A stretch of DNA of 64,000 bases from Octopus sinensis (GCF_006345805.1 NC_042999.1:117180001-117244000), one strand, 5' to 3'; positions 13,290 to 26,736 are shown, numbered from the stretch's first letter. Program-made: numbers and translations. Notes: generated by a model from the letters alone, not told the origin.

Positions 13290-14660
13290 AAATACTTTCT
13301 ACTATAGGCTCAAAGCCTGAAATTTTTGGGGAGGGGTATAGTCAATTACGTTGACCCCAGTGTTGAAGCAGTACTTATTTTATTGACCCCAAAAGGATGA
13401 AAGGCAAAGTCTACCTCAGTGAAGTTTGAAATTAGAATGTAAAGATGAATGAAATGCCACTAAGTATTTTGCCTGGTGTGCTAATGGTTCTGCCAGTTTG
13501 CTGCCTTCAACTAATAATAATTCTTTGAAATTTTGGCACAAGGTCAGTAATATTAGTGGCAGGGAGTTAGTCAATGACATTGATCCTGGTACATAGTTTA
13601 TTGTTCCCAAAACAATGAAAGGAAAATCTGACCTGTTATATTTGAACTCAGAGCATAAAAAGCTGGAAGGAATCCTGCCAAGCATTCTATCAACTCACTG
13701 CTTTAATAAGGCACAAGGCCTGAAATTTTTGGGTAAGGGACTAGTCAATTACATTGACCCCCAGTGTTTAACTGGTACTTATTTTATTGATCTTGATAGG
13801 ACAAAAGGCAAAGAATGTGAAGATGGGTGAAACGGCGCTTAGCATTTTGCTCTGTGTGTTAATGATTCTGTCAGCTCACCACCTTAATAATAATCCTTTC
13901 TACTAGAGGCACAAGGCCTGAAATTTGGGGGAGGGGTTAAGTTGGTTACATCAACCCTAGTGTTTGACTGGTACTTAATTTATTGACCCTGAAAGGATGA
14001 AAGACAAAGTCAACCTCAATGGAATTTGCTCTCAAAACATAGTGATGAGCAAAATACCACTAAGCATTTTGTCTAGCATGCTAATGATTCTGCCAGCTTG
14101 CTGCTGACTTTCTTAGTAATGATAATGATAATAATTCTTTCTACTATAGGCACAAGGCCTGAAATTTTCTGGGAGAGGGTCAGTTGATCAGATCAACCTC
14201 AGTACGTAACTGGTGCTTAATTTATCAACCCCGAAAGGATCAAAGGCAAAGTTGATCTTGGCTGAATTTGAACTCAGAACGTAGAGACAGACGAAATGCC
14301 ACTAAACATTTTGCCTGGCGTGTTAACAATACTGCCAGCTCACTGCTTTTCTTAATAATAATAATAATAATAATGATGATGATAATGATAATGATAATGA
14401 TGATGATAATGATAATGCTGATAATGGTGATTGTAACAACAATAATAATTCTTTCTAATTTTGGCACAAGGCCAACAATTTTTGAGAAGTGAAGCATGTT
14501 GATTATGTCAAACCTAGTACTTGACTGGTATTTTATTTTATTAACCCTGGAGAGGTGGAAAGCAAAGTTGACCTCTGAGGAATTTCAATTTAGAACATAA
14601 TGAATTGAGAGAAATACTACCAAACACTTTTGTTTGATGGCAGCTTCCTGCCTTTTTAAT
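13290..14660 (-). mobile_element. Head-to-tail cluster of about six SINE copies (aggcacaaggcctgaaatt...gacccc...gaaaggatgaaaggcaaag family)
   Basis: Units restart at about 13296, 13515, 13706, 13890, 14130 and 14445. Most restart at an AAT-rich tail. Confidence 0.85.
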
Positions 14661-15199
14661 TTTTAGATACTGATTTAGGCACATCAATCTATAAATTGCA
14701 GCAGTGAGATTTGAATGCAGTGAAAACACCATCCGAGCGTGGCCGTCTGCCAGCCTCATCTGGCACCTGTGTCAGTGGCACATAAAATCACCCACTACAC
14801 TCTCGGAGTGGTTGGCGTTAGGAAGGGCATCCAGCTGTAGAAACACTGCCAGATCTGACTGGCCTGGTGTAGCCTTCGGGCTTGCCAGACCCCCAGTTGA
14901 ACCGTCCAACCCATGCTAGCATGGAAAGCGGACGTTAAACGATGATGATGATAGGACATGTCCAGCTGATGATTTCAACTAGAATGAATTCCAGCACCCC
15001 TGAGAGATGATTCCCGTCTACTATGATCTATGTGTGTATTTTTATGCACCAAGTGCCTATATGAGAGGATCTCTTGTGGCTAACGATGCATAATTCAGTG
15101 TTCTAATAAAACATCTATGCTAAGTTGGATATAAAGATTACTTTTTTATATTGTTAATGCTGCTTCAGCTGCTAATTATTAACTTTTGGTTAATGCCAG

Positions 15200-15545
15200 T
15201 GCCTGGGTCAATGCCAGTAGAGCCGGACTGGCTCCCCATGCCGCTGGCATGTAAAAACTACCATCTGAATGTGTTCAATGCCAGTGTCCTCTGACTGGCT
15301 CCCATGCTGGTGGCATGTAAAAAGCACCATCTGAACGTGGTCAATGCCTATGCTGCCTGACTGGCTCCCATGCCAGTGGCATGTAAAAAGCACCCACTGC
15401 ACTATCGGAGTGGTTGGCCTTAGGAAGGGCATCCAGCTGTAGAAACCTTGCCTGGTGCAGCCAACTGGCTTGCTAGTCCTCAGTCAAACTGTCCAACCCA
15501 TGCCAGCATGGAAAACGGATGTTAAATGATGATGATGATGAAGAA
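15200..15545 (+). mobile_element. SINE with three internal 66-67-bp tandem subunits
   Basis: tcaatgcc...ctggctcccatgc..tggcatgtaaaaa restarts at 15208, 15275 and 15341, then the aggaagggcatccagc core and (GAT)n(GAA)n tail follow. Confidence 0.8.
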
Positions 15546-18500
15546 GAAGAAGAAGAAGAAGCCGCTGCCACCACCGCCTGCAGGCTATTTGTGATATCAG
15601 TGTCTGAAAAGATACTGATAACAACAAGATTTTTTTGGCATGTGGTGAGTGAATGCTTTCCTCTGATGATTTCCAGTAGAATAAAATCACATGATATGGG
15701 AATTTCAGCACCCATGACAGATGGTTCTCATCTACTCTGATTGGTATGTATGCTTTTATGCACCTAGCGTCTATATGAGAGGATCTTTCAAGGTTGATAA
15801 TGCAGTATTTGGTGGTCTAACAAGACATTCATGTTAAGATGGCTGTAAAGATTACCTTTTGGTATTCATATTGCTTCTGTTGCTAATAATTAATACTTTT
15901 CACATTTTGGTACAAGGCCAGCAATTTTAGAGGCAGGGATGATAGTGAATTATATTGATCCTCCCTCCCACCTTACTTGACTAGTTATTTTATTTTACTA
16001 ACCCTGATAGCATGAAAGGCAAAGTTGATTTTGGCAGGATTTGAACTCAGAATGTGAAGAGATGGAAGAAATGTCACTAACCAATTTGTTTGAGATGCTA
16101 ATGATTCTGTCAGCTCACCACCTTCAATTTTATTCAAATTTTGTTCCTGGCTTGTGGTTTTGAGTAGAGGGGATTAGTTGATTCTGTCAACTCCAATCCA
16201 TGACTGGTACTTTATTTTATCAACTCTGGAAGGATGAAAGCAAAGTTAACCCTGGTTGGATTTGAAATCAGAACATTAAGAACCAGAATGAATGGTGAAA
16301 AGTACTTTTCCATTTCTCTTATGATTCTGCCAGGTTGCTTCCCTCCAAAAATAATAGTTTCAATAATTATTAAAAAAAAAATCCACTTCAGTATAATATG
16401 TCTGTTATTTCTGAAATTATTTCTAAATATTCCAAAATTTGAGGAATAACTGTCTATGGAAATTGGTTTAATTCTTAAGGATGTTCTAATTATGTGTTAG
16501 AAATAAATGATTTGAGTTCAAAAGCAGTTTAAAGATATGTATGTGTACAAGAGTATTACATCTTAGTTCAATCAGAAATTGAAGTAGTTGTGTAAAATTG
16601 CATTTAATTTGATTGCATTTGGATGCCAGAAGACCTTCTGCTACAGAATTAGTCCTGGGAGGAGATTCTCTTCCTTGACACATTTGTAAACATATAAGGG
16701 GTTGTGAATGATGTCACCCGATTGAAGGATGCATGTATTTCTGTGTCCTTACCCTTTATCAGCTACAAACACAAAATCTGTCATCCACAGCCTTACAAGA
16801 AGAAAATTATTCCAATTAAAACATTATTTGTTGATTCAGCAGACTTCTGATTAAAGACATTCCAGCCAAATTATTTATTCTGATAAAATTACAGGGTTAA
16901 ATTGTCTAAAATGCTCTTCTATTCCAAAGATAACAGTGTGTAATTTTTAGGGAAATTTTGCTACTAGTCCATGAAGATTTGCTTTTGCACAGAGGTTCCT
17001 CTGTTAGCTTGAGATTTAACTAACTGAATTGTGGTTCAAAACATAAGAAAGTGTGTGGTTAGTGAAGTGGACCTGATGTTTTAGAGTATTTGGTTTGGGT
17101 GAGCTTAAGCATTGATTGGTTTTACTTTCTGGTGTATCATATCTGATATTAATGGTGTGTGTGTCTAAGATAAAACAAATAAGGAATTAGAATGGAGACA
17201 TAAAGATCAGTTTGTTGTCTATGTTTAAATTGTAAGTTTAAGATAACCTAAATGGCAGTGCCCCAGCATGGCCACAGCTCATAAGCTGAAACTAGAATCA
17301 ATCAATCAATCAATCAATCTCATCTGAACTCCCTATTCTGCCAAAAAGCTGTATTTGTTAAGTTTGTGAATGTGAGATTAATGGAAATAGTGACCAAAGA
17401 TCGCTAAAGAAATCCTTTTTGTCCTTTTTGCTGGTTGCCATTTACTGAAAAAAAAAAAAAGGAAGCAAAAAAAGAACTCAGTAAAAACCCCACAAAACCT
17501 AAAAACAACAAAAATAAACAAACAAAAATTAAAAAGCACTTAGAATTTATAATTAATTTAATTATGCAATATGTTGATTTGGAAATATATTCTGTTTTAT
17601 TTAAATGAATGTCACCTTTCAGCTGTCAGGAAACCTTTTTCTTTAACTTGGTTAATGAAAAGCCAACTCCAATACCAATGATTGACAGAAAAACATCTCA
17701 TTCATATTTCTATATAAGACAGATTTACTGAAGGTTCAGGTATAAATATAGCTTTTGTCTTTAGGCAACTGTTTTCACTTTTATTGTCTTTACAAATCAA
17801 ATGTGGGAAGTGTCTAAGAGAACATTAATCGATCTGGATGAATGCCTCTCATTAGTGACCTCTGTTCAAAAGAAAAGTTTCCAGGTCTGTTGGAGCTGTA
17901 ACTGCACAACACTCAGTCATCAACAATTTATCTAGCAGTTGGTAGGTTGTTCCAACTATAGTTTTTAGCAAAATTCACCTCGTTTATAGTTCATTGGGTG
18001 GAGGCGCAATGGTCCAGTGGTTAGGGCAGCGGACTTGTGATCATAGGATCACGGTTTTGATTCCCAGACTGGGCATTGTGTTTATTGAGCAAAAACACCT
18101 AAAGCTTCACGAGGCTCTGGCAGAGGGTGGTGGTGAACCCTGCTGTACTCTTTCCCCACAACTTTCACTCTTCCTGTTGTACCTGTATTTCAAAGGGCCA
18201 GCCTTGTCACACTCTGTGTTATGCTGAATCTCCCCAAGAACTACGTTAAGGGTACACGTGTCTGTGAAATGCTCAGCCACTTGCACGTTAATAAATGAAA
18301 TGCGACGTCACTGGTGCCAAACTGTATTGGCCTTTGCCTTTCCCTTGGATAACATTGGTGGCATAGAGAGGGGAGGCTGGTATGCATGGGCGACTGCTGT
18401 CCTTCCATAAACAACCTTGCCCAGACTTGTGCCTCAGAGGGTAACTTTCTAGGTGCAATCCCATGGTCATTCATGACCGAAAGGGTCACAACACAACATA

Positions 18501-18775
18501 GTTCATTGGATCTCTGGTCTGCACAACTACCACGGTATAGAGAGACATTTTTACATAAATTCCTGTATCTTTTATCTGTTTCAGTCATTAAACTGCAGCC
18601 ATGCTGGAGCACCACCTTGAAGAACTTTTTAGTTGAATGAATCAAGCTCAGTACTTATTTTAAAGCCCAGTACTTATTCTGTTGGCCTCCTTTTGCAGAT
18701 CTGCTAAGTTAAACAGGATGTAAAAAAACCCAACACCAGTTTTCAAGTAGTTGTGGAGAGTCTAACACAGACACA

Positions 18776-18845
<70 letters not shown>

Positions 18846-20710
18846 CACACACATACGCTGGCTTCTTTCAGTTTCTTATTTCTTCATTGCCCACAAGGGG
18901 CTAAACATGGAGGGGACAAACAAAGACAGACAAAGGGATTAAGTCGATTACATCGACCCCAGTGCGTAACTGGTACTTAATTTATTGACCCCTAATTTGA
19001 ACTCAGAACGTAATGGCAGACGAAATAACACTAAGCATTTCACCCGGCGCTAATGTTTCTGCCAGCTCGCCGCCTTATAAATTAACCTCTCAAACGGATG
19101 GGGCCCCGGGACAATGGGATCATGAGGCCGCAATGAGCGTTCGAGGTGTTGATGTTCACCGAGTCCTGCAATTCGCATCAGTTCATGTGGATAGCCGTGC
19201 TCTTCATTGACGGACGAGCCGAGTGATCCCCTGTCCAGTTTCTTTCAGTTCTGTCTTCTTTCAGTTTCTGTCCACCAAATCCATTCACAAGGCTTTGGCC
19301 AGCCCGAGGCTGTAGCAGAAGATAGTTACCCAGGGTGCCATGCAGTTGGACTGAACCTGGAACCATGTGGTTGGGAAGCAAGCTTCTTATCACACAGCTA
19401 TGCCTGCACCTTCAAGTTTGCACATATTCTATCTCTAGTATCGAACCTTACATTTGGTAGCTTTTCATATCCATTCACTATAACAGCCTTGAATTGACCT
19501 TGTGAGTGAAATTTGGTTGAAGGAAACTGTGTAGGAGTCCATCAGGACTGCTCCTGTTTCTTTTTTGGGGTAGACTTTATTTGTTGCTAAAGTTAATGCC
19601 ACCATATGGCTCTTGGGTGCCTTCACTGAAGTTCTCACTTTTGTGAACATTCAAGTCTGGTCTCTGTATAAGGTTAGTTTGCTCTTTTACTTTCACCAAT
19701 CTTAGAGGCCATGCAAGAAATCATGGGAATTGCCCATCCTCCAGAGACTAAGAAATTAAAAAATAAGATAAAAAATAAAAATTAGTTAATATTCCACCCA
19801 ATAAAATGATGTACCCTTTTACCTAAACAACATTTACTCAAGTATTTAAATCATTTCGTAGCAACTAAATAAACTGAAAGTGATAATTTGTAATTCTTGA
19901 GAATTACTTAATAAAGAATGATGAAATAAGTACATTTGAAAAGTCTACAGTATTTGGCATGATTTATTTCATATTCTCCTGGTAGCTCAAATACTGTATG
20001 CTGTTTATATCGTTGTTGAAACTAGTGGTGGTGATTGTTGCTAATATTGTTTTAATTATTCTTTTAGAGATGGTGATTGCTGTGTTAGAGATTCATTTTA
20101 TTTTAAATTCCTTTATATTTTCTAAAAAATATTTTGCACACGTATCTCTTTTATTCTTGTTGATTAGTTTGTCCACTGAGATTACTCCTTTTCATTGACA
20201 AATTCTCTCTTGTAAACTTTTAATTAATTACACTTTGTTTTACCTGACCCGTGTTCTTTATACATTAAGTAATATTCTTGAAATCACTCTTACCTTTTTC
20301 TCATGTTCTCTGTCATTAAAAATACATTGTACTGACACTGATGCTATTGGAATCCTTTTTGAAAGTGGTTGAAACAATACTGAGCATATCTCTCATGACT
20401 TAGGACATAAGACTGTGTTTCTTACACTAACAATTACTAGTCCTATGTAAATCTTAGTGAAAATTTTTCACTCTTCTCAGTTATTGAAAAGACAATATGA
20501 TATAATTAATATGATTGTCTCCTATCCTGGACTGATGATGCATGAAATATTGAATAAGGCAGGATACAGATAGAAAGAATATCAAATATGAAGTAGATGG
20601 AAAAATATTTTAGTTGTTTACTTACCGGTAGTAATCCTTTCTACTATAGGCACAAGGACTGAAACTTTGGGGGATGGTATCTAGTCAATTATATTGACTA
20701 CAGTGGTCAA

Positions 20711-21755
20711 TCTTGTGGGGGTCTATGGCAGGGAGACGGAGTCGTTTGATGTCACTACCGGTGTTCGACAGGGTTGTGCGCTCTCACCAACCCTATTCAA
20801 TTACGCCATCGATTACATTCTCAACACTGCACTTCGAGATTACCCGGGCGTAGAAGCTGGAAGAGGACTTGTGGTGACGGATCTGACCTAAGCAGATGAC
20901 ATTGCACTCATGGGCTCTAACCAGGCAGATGTCCAAGATGCTCTCATAAGGGTGCATGCGGCGGCAGAAGCTGTCGGTTTTCGGATCAATGCTGGCGAAA
21001 CCAAAGTGATGACGTCTCTGGTCACAGCATATGAATGGCAGCCAATCGTTCTCGAGGGTGTGGAACTGGAGGATGTGGAATCCTTCGTCTATCTGGGTTC
21101 AACGGTGGTTCCAACGGGCCAGGGCGCAGCTGAGGTCCAGCGTCGCATAGGTGTTGCCAGGTCCGCATTCGTGCGCCTCCAGCGGTGCCTGTGGGACAGA
21201 AGCGAAATCTCCTCAGTGACCAAAGGGTGAATCTAGCAGGCTGTCGTTCGTACTATCCTCCTCTATGGTTGCAAAACATGGCCTGTGAGGGTAGCCGATC
21301 AGCGAAGGCTGGAGGTGCTCGACAATGACTGTCTCTGCCGCATTCTTCGCTACCAACACATTGATCGGGTTCCTACAGCCGGTCTTCATCATCGCCTGAA
21401 TCCCTAGCCCCTCCCTTCGATGCTTTTACAATGGCACTTAAGGTGGTTCGGTCATGCAGCCCGGCATCCAGAGGGTGAGCTGATTCGCGATGTCCTCCTC
21501 CCACCTCCACTTCTCAGTTGGCGCAAACGCACGGGCCGACAGCTGAAGACCTGGGCAATGGCCATAAAAGAGGACCTCTCCAAACTATCAGGTGGTCGGT
21601 CTGTGCAGATGGAACCGCGAATGGCTTGCTATCTCTAGTGACCTCGCACAGGACCGTCGAGCATGGGCCGCCATGGTTTGTGATGCCATTAGGACCAGAG
21701 AAGAAGCCGGCTCAACCTGCACTGGGTGAACGCTGTCACAAGTACAAGTACAGTA
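20711..21755 (+). mobile_element. 5'-truncated RTE-clade LINE (RT C-terminal half), inactivated
   Basis: GVRQGCALSPTLFN, DLT*ADD (TAA at 20889-20891 in place of Y), INAGETKVM, FVYLGS, LRWFGH. GC-rich, ending in a (CAAGTA)n tail. Confidence 0.93.
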
Positions 21756-22280
21756 CTCCAGTTTTCAACTAATACTTATTTTATCAATCTCAAAAGAATG
21801 AAAGACAAAGTTGACTTCGGAGAATTTGAACTCAGAGTGTAAGGATGCTGCTAAGCATTCTGCCCAGCTTGTCACCTGTAATAATGTGAATAAAATCTAT
21901 TTCACAAATGCTATTCATGCTTGCCTCATTTACACCAAGATGTGTGGACTGATCATATGAAAGTGTGTGTGTGTGCATGCTTGCATACATGCATATACGT
22001 ATCTCCTTAATGTAGTGTAAATTAATAGATGTAGATTACCAAGTATCCATTTAATCTTTGTAAAGCTACCGAGATTAAAAATAAAATCATTATACTTTCT
22101 GAAATCGGATTTCTGAGCACTGATTTTGAAAAAAAAATTATGCCTTACTATTTCATTGAAAGTCTCTGAATGTTGCAACAAAAAAAAATTTCTCAAAATT
22201 TAAGACTTAAGCTGATTAATGGTGATTATTATTATCATGATCATCACAATCAGAATCATGAAATATTGAATTATTTATGA

Positions 22281-23439
22281 CTAGCTGAAGTACCCAGCGT
22301 TGCTTGGGTTACTGCAGTTCTAATTCAGATTAGTAAATAATAAACATGAAGATATATTTTTTTCTCATAATTATTTCAAAATATGTATATTTTATTAAAA
22401 AAATATTCAAATTGTAATGATAATAGAATTTAAAACTGAAAATATTTCAATCTTGAAGCACCTCAGGGCAAACAATATTCATTGTGTAATTTTTTGTTGG
22501 TGTCCAAATGAATAAATTGTTGCTGCTTCCATCTTGTGAGCAACCAACATAGAGTTGGCCATGGGATAAGCATATAGTAGAGAAATGAAGTCCAACTACC
22601 TTGAGAGAGTGACCCTGAAATTTGTTAATTGAAATACCAAAACTTAGTTTGACTGGAAACTGAAGCCTCTTAAGTTCAAATGGAACATTTGTCAGTATGT
22701 GAGGAAATTTTGGAATAAAGACATTTTCTTCTTTTTGACTACCTGTTATGATTGTTGCCTGCAGGACATGGGGCTTCATGGAAGTAACAATTGAGTTCCA
22801 TTACACAGGCAAGGTGGGTCTAGAATCCTAAGCAACATGATGGGAGCATCCAGCTTTAGTGTCAAGTTATGCGGTGGCTTGCCAGTAGGTTTAAGTGTGT
22901 TCAGAAATTCAATAGGGTATTGAACAGCCTGATCTTGATCGACTGTTGTGTGAATTGATGGAAAAGTCATTTCTGATGTATCTGTTAAATTTTGAAATTC
23001 ACGATTGACTTTATCAACCGTTTCATTAGTTGGAGCCAGTATAGCTCTTTCACATAGCCAGTTTACATCAGTGTAATTGACAATCATGCATACACATACA
23101 TACACTCTCACATACATATACTAAGACAGACACACACAGATATACATTATGTAACGAATGCGCAAACACACACATACTCACAGACACATATCCACTCATA
23201 TACAAAACGTGTCGTAGTGGTGGCATAAAATGCTCTTTACTATCTCGTACGTAACAAATGCACAAACACACATACACTGGCAGACACATTACACACTCAT
23301 ATACAAAATGTGTCATCATCGTCGTGGTATAAAATATCCTTTACTATTTCGTACGTAACGATCAGGCAAACACACACACACTGACAGACACATACACACT
23401 GGTATAAAATGCTCTTTACTATAGTTGACTATAGAAAGA
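22281..23439 (-). mobile_element. Internally deleted Helitron retaining the PIF1-like helicase C-terminus
   Basis: Helicase motifs RAILAPTNE, LKPTGKPPHNLTLK, LCNGT, LQFPVKLSF.ISINK.QG, SHGQLYVGCS. The 3' end has hairpin CCCAAGCAACGCTGGG then CTAG at 22284-22281. The 5' TC is at 23439 and the flanks fit A|T insertion. Confidence 0.88.
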
Positions 23440-23784
23440 TTATTTTCGTAAAAATGTTATATTGTTTTAGTCCAAATGAAAATAAAAATTACATATTAAC
23501 ACTTGCGGGGTCTAATGCTATTACCTTGTAAAATTTGATTTGATTTGGTGGAGCCGTTTGAGAATGCATAGGGAACATACAGAAAAAGAATCTTATAAGT
23601 ATATAGAGATTGTCAATGTTACTGTTGTCTTCAGTGGATTTGATTAGCAGAAAAAAGCAAAACCAAGGTAATAATAATAATAATAATAATAGAGCATATA
23701 AGTGTTCGTGCATTAAAACTCTCTCCAGTGCCGAAGTTTGGAACATGTCCCTCCATAGTTTTATATTTAAGAGATGAGGAATTA

Positions 23785-24058
23785 TATACATTATTTACAT
23801 TATCTATATTCGATGGATATTTGTCCTCATCTTATTTGTTGTTAACACAACGTTTCGGCTGATATACCATCCAGCCTTCTTCAGGTGTCTTGGGGAAATT
23901 TCGAACCTGGGTTCTCATTCCTAAGGTATTTTTCGATGTTATTATTATGATTGTTGTTGTTGTTGATGTTGTTGTTAGTGTTCAGGTCACTGCTTGGAAT
24001 CGAACTCGGAATCTTGGGGTCAGAAGCCCGCGCTCTTAACCACTACGCCATATGTCCC
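23785..24058 (-). mobile_element. tRNA-headed SINE-like element with a hammerhead-containing 3' part
   Basis: A box TGGCGTAGTGG (24050-24040), B box GAGTTCGATTCC (24007-23996), an (AAC/AAT)n spacer, then the ribozyme-bearing segment. Confidence 0.8.
23844..23889 (-). ncRNA. Minimal type I hammerhead ribozyme (PLE-type)
   Basis: Minus strand: GACAC-CUGAAGA-A-GGCUG(loop)CAGCC-GAAAC-GUU-GUGUU. Stem I is 5 bp, stem II is 5 bp, stem III is palindromic ACGU, and there is one extra A after A9. Confidence 0.8.
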
Positions 24059-24559
24059 CCAACAATTTTCCATACGAATGTGATAGTAGAAATCTCTCTT
24101 CGGTGTCAAGAGACGCAGCGCTTTCAGACATTCTCGGTAAATAAGACTTTTAACCGAAGGTATTTTACCAGTGAACGTTCCTTGTAACCTTTCAATTTCT
24201 TCTATGAGACCGGATGAGTTAGAAGATTAAAATTGTAAGCAGTAATATAAACTGCTCAGAACTAGTGTTTTCCCTAAAAAAAAAAACTAACTACCGGTTC
24301 CCTTGTCATGAATGTTCATAGGATGCAGCCTATGAGTTTGCTGCAGTTAAAGGTTACTTAGATAATATGGCTGATGGAAAATGCATCATTTGACATGATT
24401 AAACCTAAGTCCTGTATGTCATTAGTGCTCTGAATCATTATGTTACCTTGTATCAAATATTGCGATTTGGGTGAATTCGTTTGTAATGAAGAAGCTGAAA
24501 TTTTGATGTACTAATTTTCATATTTTTCCTGGTTTAGCTCCTAGCCATCGATGTTTTTG

Positions 24560-24900
24560 TGTAATTCGTTCCCTGATGCATACAACATATTACAGGTAAC
24601 TTAAAGAGAAATCCATTTGCAGTAACAGGTTGACCCCCTACCGCATAGGGAGTTAAAGAACCATTCTCCGACTTTTCCTGTGATACCAAGATTTCTTAAA
24701 TTATGACAGATGGTTCCATGATCAGTCTTGTCAAACACCTTAACAATATCAAGGTATTAACAGTCAATGATCTTTCCCCTTAAGAGATTATTAGAGGTAA
24801 TGTTATAATGCTGTAAGAATTGTGACTGGCAACTTCGTTCAGTCCGAAACCGATACCGAGTGTCATCTAAATTGTTTTTCTCTAAGTTGATCTTGGACCA
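24560..24900 (-). mobile_element. CR1-clade LINE RT fragment
   Basis: LEKNNLDDTRYRFRTERSCQSQFLQHY...*YLDIVKVFDKTDHG...LGITGKVGEW corresponds to QHGFR.GRSCLTQLL...YLDFAKAFDKVDH. Confidence 0.8.
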
Positions 24901-25091
24901 CCTGAAAATTCCAAGGGGTGCAGGTGCACCCGCTGCACCCCCTGTTCCCGGGCCCTTGCTTAGAACAGTCAACATCGGTATCTGATTGCCATCGGGCCCC
25001 ACCTGGTCAGAATAAACGCAGTAGTAGTAACGCTCAGCCATAATGATAGAAACTTCAGATTAGTTTTAAAAATGTTTATATGACTATTTTG

Positions 25092-25335
25092 AATTCTAAA
25101 GACAAATTCACTGCAGTTACGGTGGAGGAAAAAAGATTCCCGCTTATGGTAAAAAGGGGGAAAAAAAAACACTATATCTGCTCAGTGTTTTCACATAGCC
25201 GACTCTCAGACGTGTGTCTGGCTCCTTAACTTTTAAAAATAGGAAAAACTGAGCAGATATTGTGTTTTTACATATTTTACCGCAAGCGAGAATTTTTTCC
25301 TGCACCATAACTGCAGTGAATTTACCTTTAGAATT
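25092..25335. mobile_element. MITE-like fold-back with long imperfect inverted arms
   Basis: aattctaaagacaaattcactgcagttacggtggaggaaaaa...atatctgctcag is mirrored by ctgagcagatat...ttttttcctgcaccataactgcagtgaatttacctttagaatt. Confidence 0.7.
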
Positions 25336-26701
25336 AATTTAAAATATGTCACATATTTTAGCTAACCTAAGGTTCGTTTATTTCTCATCACTGCTTAGCG
25401 CTGATATAACTGTCTGTCTCTCTGTGTATATGTATGCACACATAATTGAGTATTTACGTGAAATATTTAACTAAGACTCTACTCTGACTGAAGATTCCAT
25501 TTGAAAGAGATCAGTAAATTCTAAGATATACTGAAAATTAAATTTTACTAAATGTAACGGACAATACTTGATAAATTATATAATTACGATATTGCCTTCT
25601 GGGCATTGTTGATTTTTCCCAGTCAAATTATTTTCCTTTGTTAGTTTCATTCTTGGAAACATAATTTTAATGAGTTTTATCTTGCATTATTTAAACTACT
25701 TTTTCTTTCTATTCAGAATGTCTCAAACAAATTTTTGCATTATTATGTCAGTTTAGAACTTGAAATTAATTTATAAGATGGAATTTCTACATGACACACA
25801 TCCCCATCAAATTACATTGGGAAGACAACATTTCCCCAAGAAATATAGATTTTGTATTTCTTTCAAGACTGTTAAAAAAGATATTTTTTGGTCTCGAATT
25901 ATTTAAATGGAGTTATGGCAAGCCATTTTAGAAAGAATGGTTATGATGTATTTCACAATATTTTAAACTCAATTAATATGTGGAATCCAATTCAATACTG
26001 TTTATAATACAATCCCTTTGAAATGATAAATAAAGAAAAACAACTTTTTGAATAAAATGCAGAAAGAAAAATACTGGGACCGTGAAACGTCAGCTTGTTC
26101 AACGAAAGTATACGACACTAACGAATAAAGAAACCATCATATATGCAGCAATGAAATCATTAAAATAATACGGTTTTTCTTTCGGAAAGTTTGAAATGTT
26201 GTTGTTTCAGTTTTTTTAAACAATGAAAGCATAATTAGAAATACAAAGGAAATGTGTTTATACACTTATTGTTATGAACATGGTCATCATTTGAATTGAA
26301 ACCATCGTGAAAAGCGAAAGATTAATCACATTATTTCAAGTCGTTGTTTACCCTCTGTTTGTCTTTTCCTTCTCTCACGCTGTCTTTTTCTCTTATTTTC
26401 TCTCCACCTACCTTTCTCTAGTCAACCATCCTCGATCCCTCATTGAAGTGAAGAAAGAGAAGATAGAATAAAATAGAGTGAAGGACAGCTTCTTTATTAG
26501 TAATAAAAAGAAAGTGACAAGTTTCAAGATCTTACAAAACAATCTAAACACTTATAAGACTATCTCAGCTTTCACAGGCGACCCATTAATTCATTAAAGG
26601 ATTACGAAACACTTTCATTTTATATATAATTTGGGCATATAATTTTGTATTTGTATGTATGTATGCGTATATTTTTGTGTGTTTATGTGTAATAATCTAT
26701 T

Positions 26702-26736
<35 letters not shown>

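Noticed and set aside
17400-17990. Short minus-strand reading frames (e.g. LSIIGIGVGFSLTKLKKKVS*, LDKLLMTECCAVTAP...)
   Set aside because: No recognisable homology and no consistent splice-site chain.
19490-19760. Minus-strand exon-like segment with a good acceptor
   Set aside because: All frames contain stops, and similar sequence (aaggcacccaagagcca) recurs at about 40320, indicating a repeat.
24757-25041. 94-aa ORF MAERYYYCVYSDQ... as a host first exon
   Set aside because: Its C-terminal half is a decayed CR1 RT that continues past the stop as YLD..K.FDK.DH. The GTGGAAGAPAP part comes from a GC-rich self-complementary repeat-like motif.
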